Assembly: GCA_023396095.1 (NCBI GenBank)
Contig: JAEWXG010000012.1
Span: forward strand, 253,365-317,364
Source: Bacillota bacterium
Lineage (GTDB): Bacteria; Bacillota; Clostridia; Christensenellales; UBA3700
Direction of reading: 5' to 3'
Length of the DNA stretch: 64,000 nt
Of the stretch, positions 30,993-39,885 are shown piece by piece. The notes beneath the pieces were generated by a model that was not told the DNA's origin, searched no databases, and saw only the letters and a list, made by a program, of their open reading frames with translations. Position 1 is the first letter of the stretch. Each line of letters starts with the position of its first letter. The translations under genes and the position numbers were made by a program.

Positions 30993-32183
30993 TTATATTA
31001 ACCCAATAGGGCAATACCAAATATTCTTATTAATAGGAAATAATTCATCTGCCATACAAATTACTAACCCAGGTTTAATAGTCATATCAAACTTGCTCAA
31101 AACATTAAAGTTCTTATTTGAGGAAGATGGATTTTTACCCTTTTTTACTTCAATAGGATAAATACAATCAGGACCAATCATTAATAAATCAATTTCTTTT
31201 TTATCTAAATCGCGATAAAAGTATAAATTAGCATTTTTCCCGCAGTTAGTATAACCTTTTAATATTTCCCCAACAACATAAGTTTCAAAAAAAGCACCAG
31301 ATGCATTTCCATTTTTAAGAGTTTCTGCGTTGGGCCAAGATGTCAAATAGGCAGCAAGTCCTGTATCTAAAAAATAGCATTTTGGCGTTTTGGCAAGTCT
31401 TTTTGTAATATTAGATAAATAAGGTTTCATAATATAAATGATTCCCGATCTTTCTAGTATTGAAACCCATTCTTTTATAGTGGGCACTGAAACACCTACC
31501 ATTTTTGAGATAGAATCATATTTTAATTCCTGAGCTGTATTAGCAGCCATACAAGTAACAAAGGATCGAAATTCTTCCAGTTTCCCAACTTGCTCTAAAG
31601 AACTTATGTTCCTTTCAATATAAGTGTTAATATATGATGAATAGTAAACATCCCTATCCATATCTTTATTCAAAGCGAATTGAGGCAATCCTCCCCTAAA
31701 TATATCCGCGAAAACTTCATCTAATGTTCTTTTTGTATTTTCCTTCTTCTTTAATAAATCTATTTCCGGCAAAAATGGCTCTTTTATATTCGAACAAATC
31801 TCATTATGCGACAAAGGTAACATATTAAAAATTGCAACCCTCCCCGCAAGTGACTCCGAGACGTTTTTCATCATAACAAATTTTTGCGAACCACTTAACC
31901 AAAACAAACCATTTTCTTTTTTCTCATCTACAATTTTTTTTATCTCTAGAAGAAATGATGGCACTCTTTGAAATTCATCAATAAATACTTTATATCCGTA
32001 TGTTTCAAAAAATAATTCCGGATCATTTTTTGCAAGCGCCCTTATTTTAGCATCATCAAATGAAACATATTTTCTGTCACTCTCTTTTAAATGTTGCAAC
32101 ATAGTCGACTTACCGGTTTGCCTTTGCCCGCAAACCATAACAACAGGGAAAGTTTTCGATGCCTTCAGTATTGATTCTTCCAT
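30993..32183 (-). CDS. AAA_14 + DUF4143 (COG1373-type) ATPase with PD-(D/E)xK-like C-terminal domain
   Basis: Walker A VCGQRQTGKST, Walker B KVFIDEFQ, and a C-terminal EIDLLMIGPDCIYPIEVKKG (D...ExK pattern). 396 aa. Confidence 0.75.
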   Translation of the reverse strand: MEESILKASKTFPVVMVCGQRQTGKSTMLQHLKESDRKYVSFDDAKIRALAKNDPELFFETYGYKVFIDEFQRVPSFLLEIKKIVDEKKENGLFWLSGSQKFVMMKNVSESLAGRVAIFNMLPLSHNEICSNIKEPFLPEIDLLKKKENTKRTLDEVFADIFRGGLPQFALNKDMDRDVYYSSYINTYIERNISSLEQVGKLEEFRSFVTCMAANTAQELKYDSISKMVGVSVPTIKEWVSILERSGIIYIMKPYLSNITKRLAKTPKCYFLDTGLAAYLTSWPNAETLKNGNASGAFFETYVVGEILKGYTNCGKNANLYFYRDLDKKEIDLLMIGPDCIYPIEVKKGKNPSSSNKNFNVLSKFDMTIKPGLVICMADELFPINKNIWYCPIGLI

Positions 32184-32374
32184 TTGTCTTTTTAGATAGT
32201 ACGTTCCCTTCCTCCTATTTTTCTAAAGCCTACTTTATTTTACTATATTTTACTGTATTAATTAGTATTTACCAACTTTTTCCCGTATTTTCTAAAGTGT
32301 ACTTTATTTTTTACGGTTTTTTGAGCGCATTTACTACTTCTCGCTATAAATTTTTAGAAATCTTTTTTAAGTCC

Positions 32375-32407
32375 AAATAAAAAACTACCTAGATTTTATC
32401 TAAATAG
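32375..32407 (-). terminator. candidate rho-independent terminator after the DUF1858 gene
   Basis: Minus-strand RNA reads CUAUUUAG-AUAAAAU-CUAGGUAG (8 bp including two G-U pairs) followed by UUUUUUAUUU. Confidence 0.45.
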
Positions 32408-32478
32408 CCTTTTTTAAACATTGTCCTTTTCAAATATGATTGCGACTCTAATTCTCACCTGTTTCTAAATAAGTTTTC

Positions 32479-32688
32479 TTATTTTTTCCCAGCCGCTTCA
32501 TTTAAGGCTGCAACCATTACTTCTGGATCAACACCATGCACCATAGCGGCTTCTTCTACTGTTTCTCCATGTGCTAATGCACATCCCAAACAATGCATTC
32601 CAAACGAAAATAAAGTATTAGCAATTTCTTCTTGATTACCTTGCCTTAAAGCATCCGCCAACAACATTTCTTTTGTTATTTTTCCCAT
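32479..32688 (-). CDS. DUF1858-type small redox-disulfide protein (hybrid-cluster-protein-associated family)
   Basis: 69 aa with FGMHCLGCALAHGETVEEAAMVHGVDPE. The gene starts 2 nt after the lipoprotein stop. Confidence 0.7.
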   Translation of the reverse strand: MGKITKEMLLADALRQGNQEEIANTLFSFGMHCLGCALAHGETVEEAAMVHGVDPEVMVAALNEAAGKK

Positions 32689-32690
32689 CT

Positions 32691-34004
32691 TTATTTACTC
32701 TCCTTTTTTTCAATTGCTTCTCCAATCAATAATCCTTCCTTGTCAACATCTTCAATGTCATTCCTATATAATTGCTTATCTGAATCAGCGATATAATATA
32801 CTTTACCTTCCAAGAATTCTGGTTGATACCATGTTAAGAATACTTTTATATTAGAAATTTTTTGAGGTAATGTCGTTGCCCCATCAGAAATATCTAGCTT
32901 ATATAAATAGCCGTCACTGGTATAAACCATGTATCTCCCCTCTTTTGCAATTAAAGTAGCACTTGTAGGAAAATCTATAGCGTAAATTTTTTCAACATTA
33001 TCTTGAACCCCAATTAATTGTTGATTTCTTATGAAAAATACCTCATTGTTCATAACTACTAAAGAATCTGAAACAATGCCATTAACAACTTTCTTTACTG
33101 ATTGCTGATTAATACTTCCATCATTATTTAAAGATACTCTAAAAAGCCCAACATTATTCACTGCGTTTCCATCAAATATTGATTTTGTAAAATATATAAA
33201 ATGATTTTCACCCTCATCAAACCATGTCTTTAAACTATATTCTGCCTTATCTAATTTAACTTCTTCATTTTTTCCGTTTATATCTATCTTTATAACTTTG
33301 GCTCCCTCTAAATAGTCTTCCGTTTTGGTTGTATAAAAAGCATATTTGCTAATTACATTGTTACTGGTATCACTCGAATAAGGAAAAACTATTGTTTCTA
33401 TGCCACTAGCTATTTCTTTCTCTTTTTTCTCAACTAATTTTTCATTGTATTTTTTTACATATAGACTACCTTCTTTAAAATACATAAGCCCATCTTTTGT
33501 AAACTTATGTTTTACATCATTCCCCTTAATAGTACTAACCAATTGAGTATTTTTACCATCCAATGATGTTCTCATATAATTTAAAAAAGATGTTTGTATT
33601 GCCCCTGTAGTTTTATGCAAATCAGTACTTGGTGTTGTGTAATATATCCAATTTCCGTAAATAACTAAGCCGGAACCCTTTGCGTTGCTATATACTACTG
33701 TTGGAACAACTAATTCCGCTTTTGCGCCATCAACATTTTTCATTCTATAAATGGCTCCTTTTTTCATCTTTCCAAATTCATTGTCCGATGGTTCTTTTAT
33801 ATCGGTCGCAGGAACATACCCGTTTATAAAGTACTTATAATCTCCATGGTTTAAAACAAGCCCAGAGTTTGATATTGTTTTTGCACTCTGTGTATCACCA
33901 GTTAAAGTAATGCCTGTCTTAAATTTGGCACAAGATGTAAGCAATATCATTGCTATAAGAGTTAATATTATAAAATTCACTACTAAAATTTTTTTACTTT
34001 TCAT
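32691..34004 (-). CDS. DUF5050-like beta-propeller lipoprotein
   Basis: Signal peptide plus lipobox LLTSC. Recurring blades are marked by aromatic pairs (GNWIYYTTPS, HFIYFTKS, GYLYKLD, GKVYYIADSDKQLYR). 437 aa. Confidence 0.65.
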   Translation of the reverse strand: MKSKKILVVNFIILTLIAMILLTSCAKFKTGITLTGDTQSAKTISNSGLVLNHGDYKYFINGYVPATDIKEPSDNEFGKMKKGAIYRMKNVDGAKAELVVPTVVYSNAKGSGLVIYGNWIYYTTPSTDLHKTTGAIQTSFLNYMRTSLDGKNTQLVSTIKGNDVKHKFTKDGLMYFKEGSLYVKKYNEKLVEKKEKEIASGIETIVFPYSSDTSNNVISKYAFYTTKTEDYLEGAKVIKIDINGKNEEVKLDKAEYSLKTWFDEGENHFIYFTKSIFDGNAVNNVGLFRVSLNNDGSINQQSVKKVVNGIVSDSLVVMNNEVFFIRNQQLIGVQDNVEKIYAIDFPTSATLIAKEGRYMVYTSDGYLYKLDISDGATTLPQKISNIKVFLTWYQPEFLEGKVYYIADSDKQLYRNDIEDVDKEGLLIGEAIEKKESK

Positions 34005-34911
34005 CGTTATATCCTTTCTCTATATATTTTTCATATATTTTTTTTGCAAAATATACATCTTGAATTGAAATTCCTATATTGTAAACTAATATACGTTCCT
34101 TTTGGCTTTTTCTTCCTTCAACATTTTTATTTACAACATCACAAACTTCATTCACAACTTTCATTCTATCAAAATTTTTAAATCCTCTAACATGCTCTAT
34201 ATCATCAACAAAAACTTTATCAAAACTCAAATCGCAATTTGAAAAGCCACGAGTATGAATAGGAATAACTGTGACACCATTTTCAAAATTTTCCTCTTGA
34301 AAAAAATCCTTTTCCGCATATGTAACAGCAGAAATTATCACTTGACTCCCTTTCAATAAAGTATCATCATCGCAATATTCAAAAATAAAATTTTTATGAT
34401 CGATAAAACTAGTAGCCATTTTAACATGTTGATCTTTATATTTTTTCAATTTAATAATAAATCTCCTATGTGGTAATATATCCCTTAATACACTTAAAAA
34501 TGAAAAAGCAATATTGCCCAATCCTATCATGGTTATAGTATCATAATCGTTAACAGCAAATGTCTCCATAGAATGAACCGCTACAACAGCTGTTCTCACA
34601 TTAGTAATCCATGTCCCATCCATTAAAGCAAGAAGCTCTCCTGATTTTAATTCATATAATAAAATATCACCCATAATACTAACTTCTCTGTCGGGATAAC
34701 GTGTTACAACCTTAACTCCAAAAACATTTTCTGTCCCCATCAATGATGGCATTATATTAAAAAAAAATCCCTTCACCTCATCTGTTTTTATGCTAATTTT
34801 GGGCGGTAAAATTGCATTTTTTTTACTTTTTATTACTTCTTTACCCCATTGGTAGCAGGTCACATAATCTATATCTAACTTTTGTATATCATCTCTTGTA
34901 ATTATCTTCAT
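33994..34911 (-). CDS. ornithine cyclodeaminase / mu-crystallin family NAD(P)-dependent enzyme
   Basis: Colinear with the OCD family: WITNVRTAVVAVHSMETFA, Rossmann loop MIGLGNIAFSF, VIISAVT, and LVYNIGISIQDVYFAKKIY. Confidence 0.75.
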   Translation of the reverse strand: MKIITRDDIQKLDIDYVTCYQWGKEVIKSKKNAILPPKISIKTDEVKGFFFNIMPSLMGTENVFGVKVVTRYPDREVSIMGDILLYELKSGELLALMDGTWITNVRTAVVAVHSMETFAVNDYDTITMIGLGNIAFSFLSVLRDILPHRRFIIKLKKYKDQHVKMATSFIDHKNFIFEYCDDDTLLKGSQVIISAVTYAEKDFFQEENFENGVTVIPIHTRGFSNCDLSFDKVFVDDIEHVRGFKNFDRMKVVNEVCDVVNKNVEGRKSQKERILVYNIGISIQDVYFAKKIYEKYIEKGYNDEK

Positions 34912-36747
34912 TTATTCTCCATTATCGTTAAAATACCTAGTTATACTATCTAATAGTAAATTATTATCATCCACATCTCTTATCGCTATTCTAACAAAAT
35001 TCTTTTTCCCTATACCATCTTTTCCTTTTAAGTTTTTAATTAAAATATTATATTTTTCCAACATAGTATAACAAAATTTATTGGAATCATGCTCTTTTAG
35101 ATCAAACATAATATAATTTGCGTTTGATTGATACAATTTAATATTTTTATTCTTGCTCAATGTTTTCTCTACTCTTTCCCTTTCATTAACTATTTTTATG
35201 CATGCGCTCTCATATGTCTTTTTAAAAATATTATAATTTTGCAAATAATATTCCGCAAAACTATTAATATTCCAAACTGGCAACATTCCCTGCATTTCTT
35301 TTATTAATTTTTTATCTCCACTAGCCATAACACCTAGTCTTAGCCCTGGAACACCATAAGATTTTGAAATACTTTTAATAACTATTAAATTTGTATAGTT
35401 TAAAAGGATTCCATTCTTTAATAAAGTAAAGTATGAATCTCTTGCTGCAAAATCAATAAATGACTCATCTATAATTATTTTGCAGTTATAGTCTGCACCT
35501 TTCTTTATAATAGCCATAATATCTTCTTCTTTTATCATTGCTCCTGATGGATTATCTGGAGAAATTATCACCATATACTCAACGCTTTCTATCAACAGTA
35601 ATATTTGCTCAATATTATACTCATAATTATTCTTGGAATTATCAATAATCATCATTTTATCTATATTAAAGCATCTTATATATTCATTAAATGTTGGTAC
35701 AAATGCTACTCCTTGCAAATTGTTAAATTTTTCCCCTAAAATTTTTATTAATTCAGCCGCTCCATTACCAACCAATAACATATCCCCATCTACAGCAAAA
35801 ATCCTCTCTGCGTTCAATTTTTGTATTTGCATCCCTGATGGATACATCTCTAGTAAATTCTTAAACTCATATTTCATCTTTTCAATCAACTGCGCTGGTG
35901 GAAAATAAGGGTTTACAAGATATAAAAAGTCCTTTACTCTACTATATCTCCAGAACCCTCCATATGTCGAAGTTAACAATCTATATTTTTCTTCACCTTT
36001 TGAAAAAATAACATTTGCAATCGCCAAGTCCTGCTTATCATCAATCTCATACCATTCAAGTTCCTTAATGTTATAAGCTTGTATTTCCACATATGGTATT
36101 GTCAATATCGTTTTTAAAACCGACTCGTAATATGAGTTACACCCGCATACATCGATATATGTTTTCAAAAATGGGATATATGTTTTCTGTGAAAATTCTT
36201 TAGATAATTTGTAAATGTTAACAGTTTTATAATATCTGTGCGAATGTTCATAATCTAACTCATCTTTTGAATAAAAATTATCAATTATTCCATTAGAGCA
36301 TGTAATAATGGTACCATCCATCCATGTTTGATAGTCTGCAACTGCCGCAGAATTAGCGTATTTAGTCTCAACCATTTGCTGAACAATTTTTTCATCATAT
36401 ACTAAATCTGACTCAAGTAAAATTGTATCTTCCGCACTTAAATAATCTTTTGCTAAGTATAAAGAATATATATTATTCGTTACTTCAAAAATTTTATTTT
36501 TAACAAAGATAAAATCAATTTTGCTGTTTTTATATTTATCATTTATATACCGCTTAAGATTGTCACCTTTATACCCAACAACAATAATGATTTTTTTAAT
36601 CCCTGCTTTCGTAATAGCCGAAACTGCTCTATCTATCAATTTCACGCCTGCTACTGAAACCATGCACTTTGTGTTATTTTCAGTTAAATCACCCAATCTT
36701 GTTCCTTTCCCAGCTGCCAATATAATTGCTTGCACCATACCCTCCAT
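34912..36747 (-). CDS. fusion protein: LicC-like nucleotidyltransferase (N-terminal) + CobD/HisC-like class I/II PLP enzyme (C-terminal)
   Basis: N-terminal motifs: AIILAAGKGTRLGDLTENNTKCMV, IIIVVGY, TNNIYSLYL, WYEIDDKQDL. C-terminal motifs: LLVGNGAAELI, SPDNPSG, IIDESFIDF, KSISKSYGVPGLRLG, PVWNINSFA, VRIAIRD. The true start is possibly the GTG at 36735, 5 nt after GGAGG. Confidence 0.8.
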   Translation of the reverse strand: MEGMVQAIILAAGKGTRLGDLTENNTKCMVSVAGVKLIDRAVSAITKAGIKKIIIVVGYKGDNLKRYINDKYKNSKIDFIFVKNKIFEVTNNIYSLYLAKDYLSAEDTILLESDLVYDEKIVQQMVETKYANSAAVADYQTWMDGTIITCSNGIIDNFYSKDELDYEHSHRYYKTVNIYKLSKEFSQKTYIPFLKTYIDVCGCNSYYESVLKTILTIPYVEIQAYNIKELEWYEIDDKQDLAIANVIFSKGEEKYRLLTSTYGGFWRYSRVKDFLYLVNPYFPPAQLIEKMKYEFKNLLEMYPSGMQIQKLNAERIFAVDGDMLLVGNGAAELIKILGEKFNNLQGVAFVPTFNEYIRCFNIDKMMIIDNSKNNYEYNIEQILLLIESVEYMVIISPDNPSGAMIKEEDIMAIIKKGADYNCKIIIDESFIDFAARDSYFTLLKNGILLNYTNLIVIKSISKSYGVPGLRLGVMASGDKKLIKEMQGMLPVWNINSFAEYYLQNYNIFKKTYESACIKIVNERERVEKTLSKNKNIKLYQSNANYIMFDLKEHDSNKFCYTMLEKYNILIKNLKGKDGIGKKNFVRIAIRDVDDNNLLLDSITRYFNDNGE

Positions 36748-36918
36748 GAAAAAGCAATCCTATGCTATTCAAATGTATATTTTATACTATATCATTTTTA
36801 ATATAATATTTCATATTTTCCCGATAAATATTATTAGGCATGGTTGGTAAAGCTAGGTAAAAGTGAAGTTAGGAGTTAGAGCATCTTAAAAAAGCGGATT
36901 CATTTTTTTTTCGCATAT

Positions 36919-37665
36919 TTAACATTCGTTAATTAAATGTGTCGGTTTTCTATCTTTTCCAACAGGTAATTTCATATAATCTCCATATTCTTTTTTTAAA
37001 TGCTGATCATATTTTGCAACTATTTTTATATTTATTCCATCAAATGGAACCTCTAACATCTCATCAAAAAAATCAACATCCTCAAAAACTGGTTTGGCAA
37101 AACCATAATAATAACGAAGCTTTTTTCCCTCCTTTCTCTCAATGACGCAACTATACAGTTTTGCTACCACATATGACTTTTTAATAGGGATAAGTAAAAA
37201 ATTAAAAATCCGTGCAAGAAGTTTTTTGAAAACTTTTTGCATTGTACCTATTTGCTCTTTTTGCTTCAAAAGCAATATAGTTTTATAAAATTTTATTCTT
37301 TTTTTACATTTTTTCGTGTCGATTGTTGTTTTGATAAAAGGAAAAATATCTATAAAAGCATCAAACTTCTTGCCATTTACAACGACTTCTTTTTTTATTT
37401 TTGTAAACGCTACATTAAAATAATTCTTTTTTTGAAAATTAAAAATCTCACAATCACCCTTATAATCATTAATGAATAATAAATAGTCTTCCTCAGGCAT
37501 CATCACATCTATATCATCATCCCACGGTATAAACCCTTTATGCCTAATAGCCCCCAAAAGCGATCCGTAGGCTAAACTATAAGTTAAATTATTCTCTTTG
37601 CAAAAATCTGCAAATTCTTTTAACATCTTGAGTTCCTCTTCTTGTATTATTTTTAAATCTTTCAT
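36919..37665 (-). CDS. licD: LicD-family phosphotransferase (CDP-alcohol-phosphate to glycan)
   Basis: YSLAYGSLLGAIRHKGFIPWDDDIDVMMPEEDY. 248 aa. Confidence 0.85.
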   Translation of the reverse strand: MKDLKIIQEEELKMLKEFADFCKENNLTYSLAYGSLLGAIRHKGFIPWDDDIDVMMPEEDYLLFINDYKGDCEIFNFQKKNYFNVAFTKIKKEVVVNGKKFDAFIDIFPFIKTTIDTKKCKKRIKFYKTILLLKQKEQIGTMQKVFKKLLARIFNFLLIPIKKSYVVAKLYSCVIERKEGKKLRYYYGFAKPVFEDVDFFDEMLEVPFDGINIKIVAKYDQHLKKEYGDYMKLPVGKDRKPTHLINEC

Positions 37666-39080
37666 TTTTCTCCCTTTTTAATTATTCCCTTAAAAATTAA
37701 AAATAAAAATTTCAAATCTTTAAGATACAGAAGTGTAATGAGAATAACAGAACACGCCTGTACCGCATAAACAATCCATTCTCCAGCTACATATAAATAA
37801 ATATTTGAAAAAGCAGAACATAATAATAAAATATGTGTAACGATATTTTTGACATATGGAATCTCTATATTACTATATTTTTTTGTGTCAAAACATCTAT
37901 AAACACTTAAAAATGCATAGGCAATTACCCCTGAATATAGTGCCCCTTGAATGCCAAATTTAGGTATTAAACTTATTGAAAAAATTGCCGACACAATAGC
38001 ACTAATGAATGTTGATAAAAAATTTTTCAAACTTTTCATCTCTACTCCATAAAAAACCCCGTAAAAAGCAGCATAGCATGCATAAGAAGCCATTATTATA
38101 GAAAAAGATGAATATCTCCAAACTTCAAAAAATTCTCCTCGCAATAAAAACTTCGCAATCGGAAATAAAGCTATTAAAAGTAAACTTGTTCCAATTTTAA
38201 TAAATGCATTAAATGCTCCATACACCATTGTGTTAAATACACTTCGATCTTCGTCTTTTTTCGCTTCCACTGCAGAAATTGTCCAGGCTTGCATAAAAAC
38301 CACAGAAAAGGCTGTTATGATTGCCCCTATTTTTAATGTCGAAATATATAGGCCATTGCTTGCATCTCCGTGATAATATGTAACTATATATCGGTTCAAT
38401 GTTTGTATAATCCACCAACTTAACATGTTAGGAATTAATGGTAGAGAGTACTTAACCATTCTTTTAAATAAGTTGACATTAATTTCTTTAAACTTTAATT
38501 CTTTATATAGTTTTCCAAATACTACCCAAAATAAAATAGAAAAATAATTAGATATAACAATTGCAAGCAGATAACTATATTTTGTATATCGCACTCGATA
38601 AAACAATATCCAAAGAACTAATGCTAAACCTAAAACTTTTAATATCCCTCCTGAAATATAAATTTTTAATCGCTTTATTGCTCTCAAATATTGCGAGAAA
38701 AAATTGTTCAAAACTATACTAAAGTATAAAAAGATAATTAATAGATAATACTGCAAGTTTCTATTAATAAAGTAGATCAAAACCCCTAAAACAAAAAAAG
38801 CACTTGTCGTAATAAAAATAAATATTCCTGTAGAAAATGCCGCTTTCGCCTTGCTGTTATCTTTACCTATAGAAAATCTAAAAATCGAATCAGATATACC
38901 TAAAGTTAATATTGGAAAAAGCAGCTCTATCAAGGCCATCCAATTTTCACTTTCCCCAAAATCATTTAATGCAATCTTTCTTGTTATTAACGGCAATAAT
39001 AAAAATTGTATTATCTTAATAGTAACTTCACCAACTGCAAATATTGCAGTGTTTTTAAACAACTCCTTTCCGCGCCCCAT
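37662..39080 (-). CDS. wzx: Wzx-type oligosaccharide flippase (MOP superfamily)
   Basis: 472-aa polytopic protein with an estimated 12-14 TM segments. Context is a glycan cluster. Confidence 0.75.
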   Translation of the reverse strand: MGRGKELFKNTAIFAVGEVTIKIIQFLLLPLITRKIALNDFGESENWMALIELLFPILTLGISDSIFRFSIGKDNSKAKAAFSTGIFIFITTSAFFVLGVLIYFINRNLQYYLLIIFLYFSIVLNNFFSQYLRAIKRLKIYISGGILKVLGLALVLWILFYRVRYTKYSYLLAIVISNYFSILFWVVFGKLYKELKFKEINVNLFKRMVKYSLPLIPNMLSWWIIQTLNRYIVTYYHGDASNGLYISTLKIGAIITAFSVVFMQAWTISAVEAKKDEDRSVFNTMVYGAFNAFIKIGTSLLLIALFPIAKFLLRGEFFEVWRYSSFSIIMASYACYAAFYGVFYGVEMKSLKNFLSTFISAIVSAIFSISLIPKFGIQGALYSGVIAYAFLSVYRCFDTKKYSNIEIPYVKNIVTHILLLCSAFSNIYLYVAGEWIVYAVQACSVILITLLYLKDLKFLFLIFKGIIKKGEK

Positions 39081-39081
39081 C

Positions 39082-39837
39082 TTATTTTTTTCCTATTTCT
39101 ATAATGTTATGCCCACTTATTCTCTTTTCTTGTGGTGGAAATTCCATATAATCATCATAGTAATTTTTCAAAATTAAATCAAAATTAACACAAGTAGATA
39201 TTTCCTCTCCCTCGAATAATAACTTTCCTGTCAATTTAATATCGTTCCATTTTAATAATTCTGGTTTATATTTACTAATCACTTTAATGTTGTCATAATC
39301 ATTCAATTCCAACATATTTAATTTATATATTTTATATTGTAACTTTTTTATATTAAATAATCTTGAAATCAACTTCAAAACTTTAATATAAAATCTCTTT
39401 TGTTTAGGCATAAATCTTACTGCTACGATTTTACAATATAAGCTCTCTTTTAATAAATTATATTTCTTTTTTTGAAAACCACTAACAAAAAATAAATCAA
39501 TATAATATGTTATCTTATAATCAACATGCTCAAACTCTTTTTCTTTAATTAACGTTCCCTCTTTTAATCCTACTTTAGGAAAAACATATGGATAATTTTT
39601 AACAGTAAGACAATCATATAATTCCAATTTATTATTGGACAAAACTAAAGATTTTATTTTAGAATAATCTTCTCCTTTAATCCAAATATCTATATCATCA
39701 TCCCACGGAATAAACCCTTTATGTCTCACCGCTCCAAGCAAACTGCCATAGCTTAAAGAATACCAAATATCATTTCTTTCAAATACTTTTACAATTTCCA
39801 ATAATACTTGTAAAAGTTCTTGTTTTGATTTATTCAT
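39082..39837 (-). CDS. licD: LicD-family phosphotransferase, second paralog
   Basis: YSLSYGSLLGAVRHKGFIPWDDDIDIWIKGEDY. 251 aa. Confidence 0.85.
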   Translation of the reverse strand: MNKSKQELLQVLLEIVKVFERNDIWYSLSYGSLLGAVRHKGFIPWDDDIDIWIKGEDYSKIKSLVLSNNKLELYDCLTVKNYPYVFPKVGLKEGTLIKEKEFEHVDYKITYYIDLFFVSGFQKKKYNLLKESLYCKIVAVRFMPKQKRFYIKVLKLISRLFNIKKLQYKIYKLNMLELNDYDNIKVISKYKPELLKWNDIKLTGKLLFEGEEISTCVNFDLILKNYYDDYMEFPPQEKRISGHNIIEIGKK

Positions 39838-39885
39838 TAATCTTACCTCGCAAAAAACAATCTCAATAATACTTTAAAATTTGAT

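Noticed and set aside
34912-36747. Reading the nucleotidyltransferase-aminotransferase fusion as a 2-aminoethylphosphonate (PntC-AEP transaminase type) pathway.
   Set aside because: No PEP mutase or phosphonopyruvate decarboxylase is present in the window. The PLP domain motifs look CobD/HisC-like (class I/II) rather than PhnW-like. This cannot be excluded if such genes lie elsewhere in the genome.
36919-39837. Reading the LicD pair as a classical phosphocholine decoration system.
   Set aside because: No licA (choline kinase) or licB (choline permease) homolog is in the locus, and the LicC-like domain is fused to an amino-acid-phosphate-type PLP enzyme. Choline use remains possible if uptake genes are encoded elsewhere.
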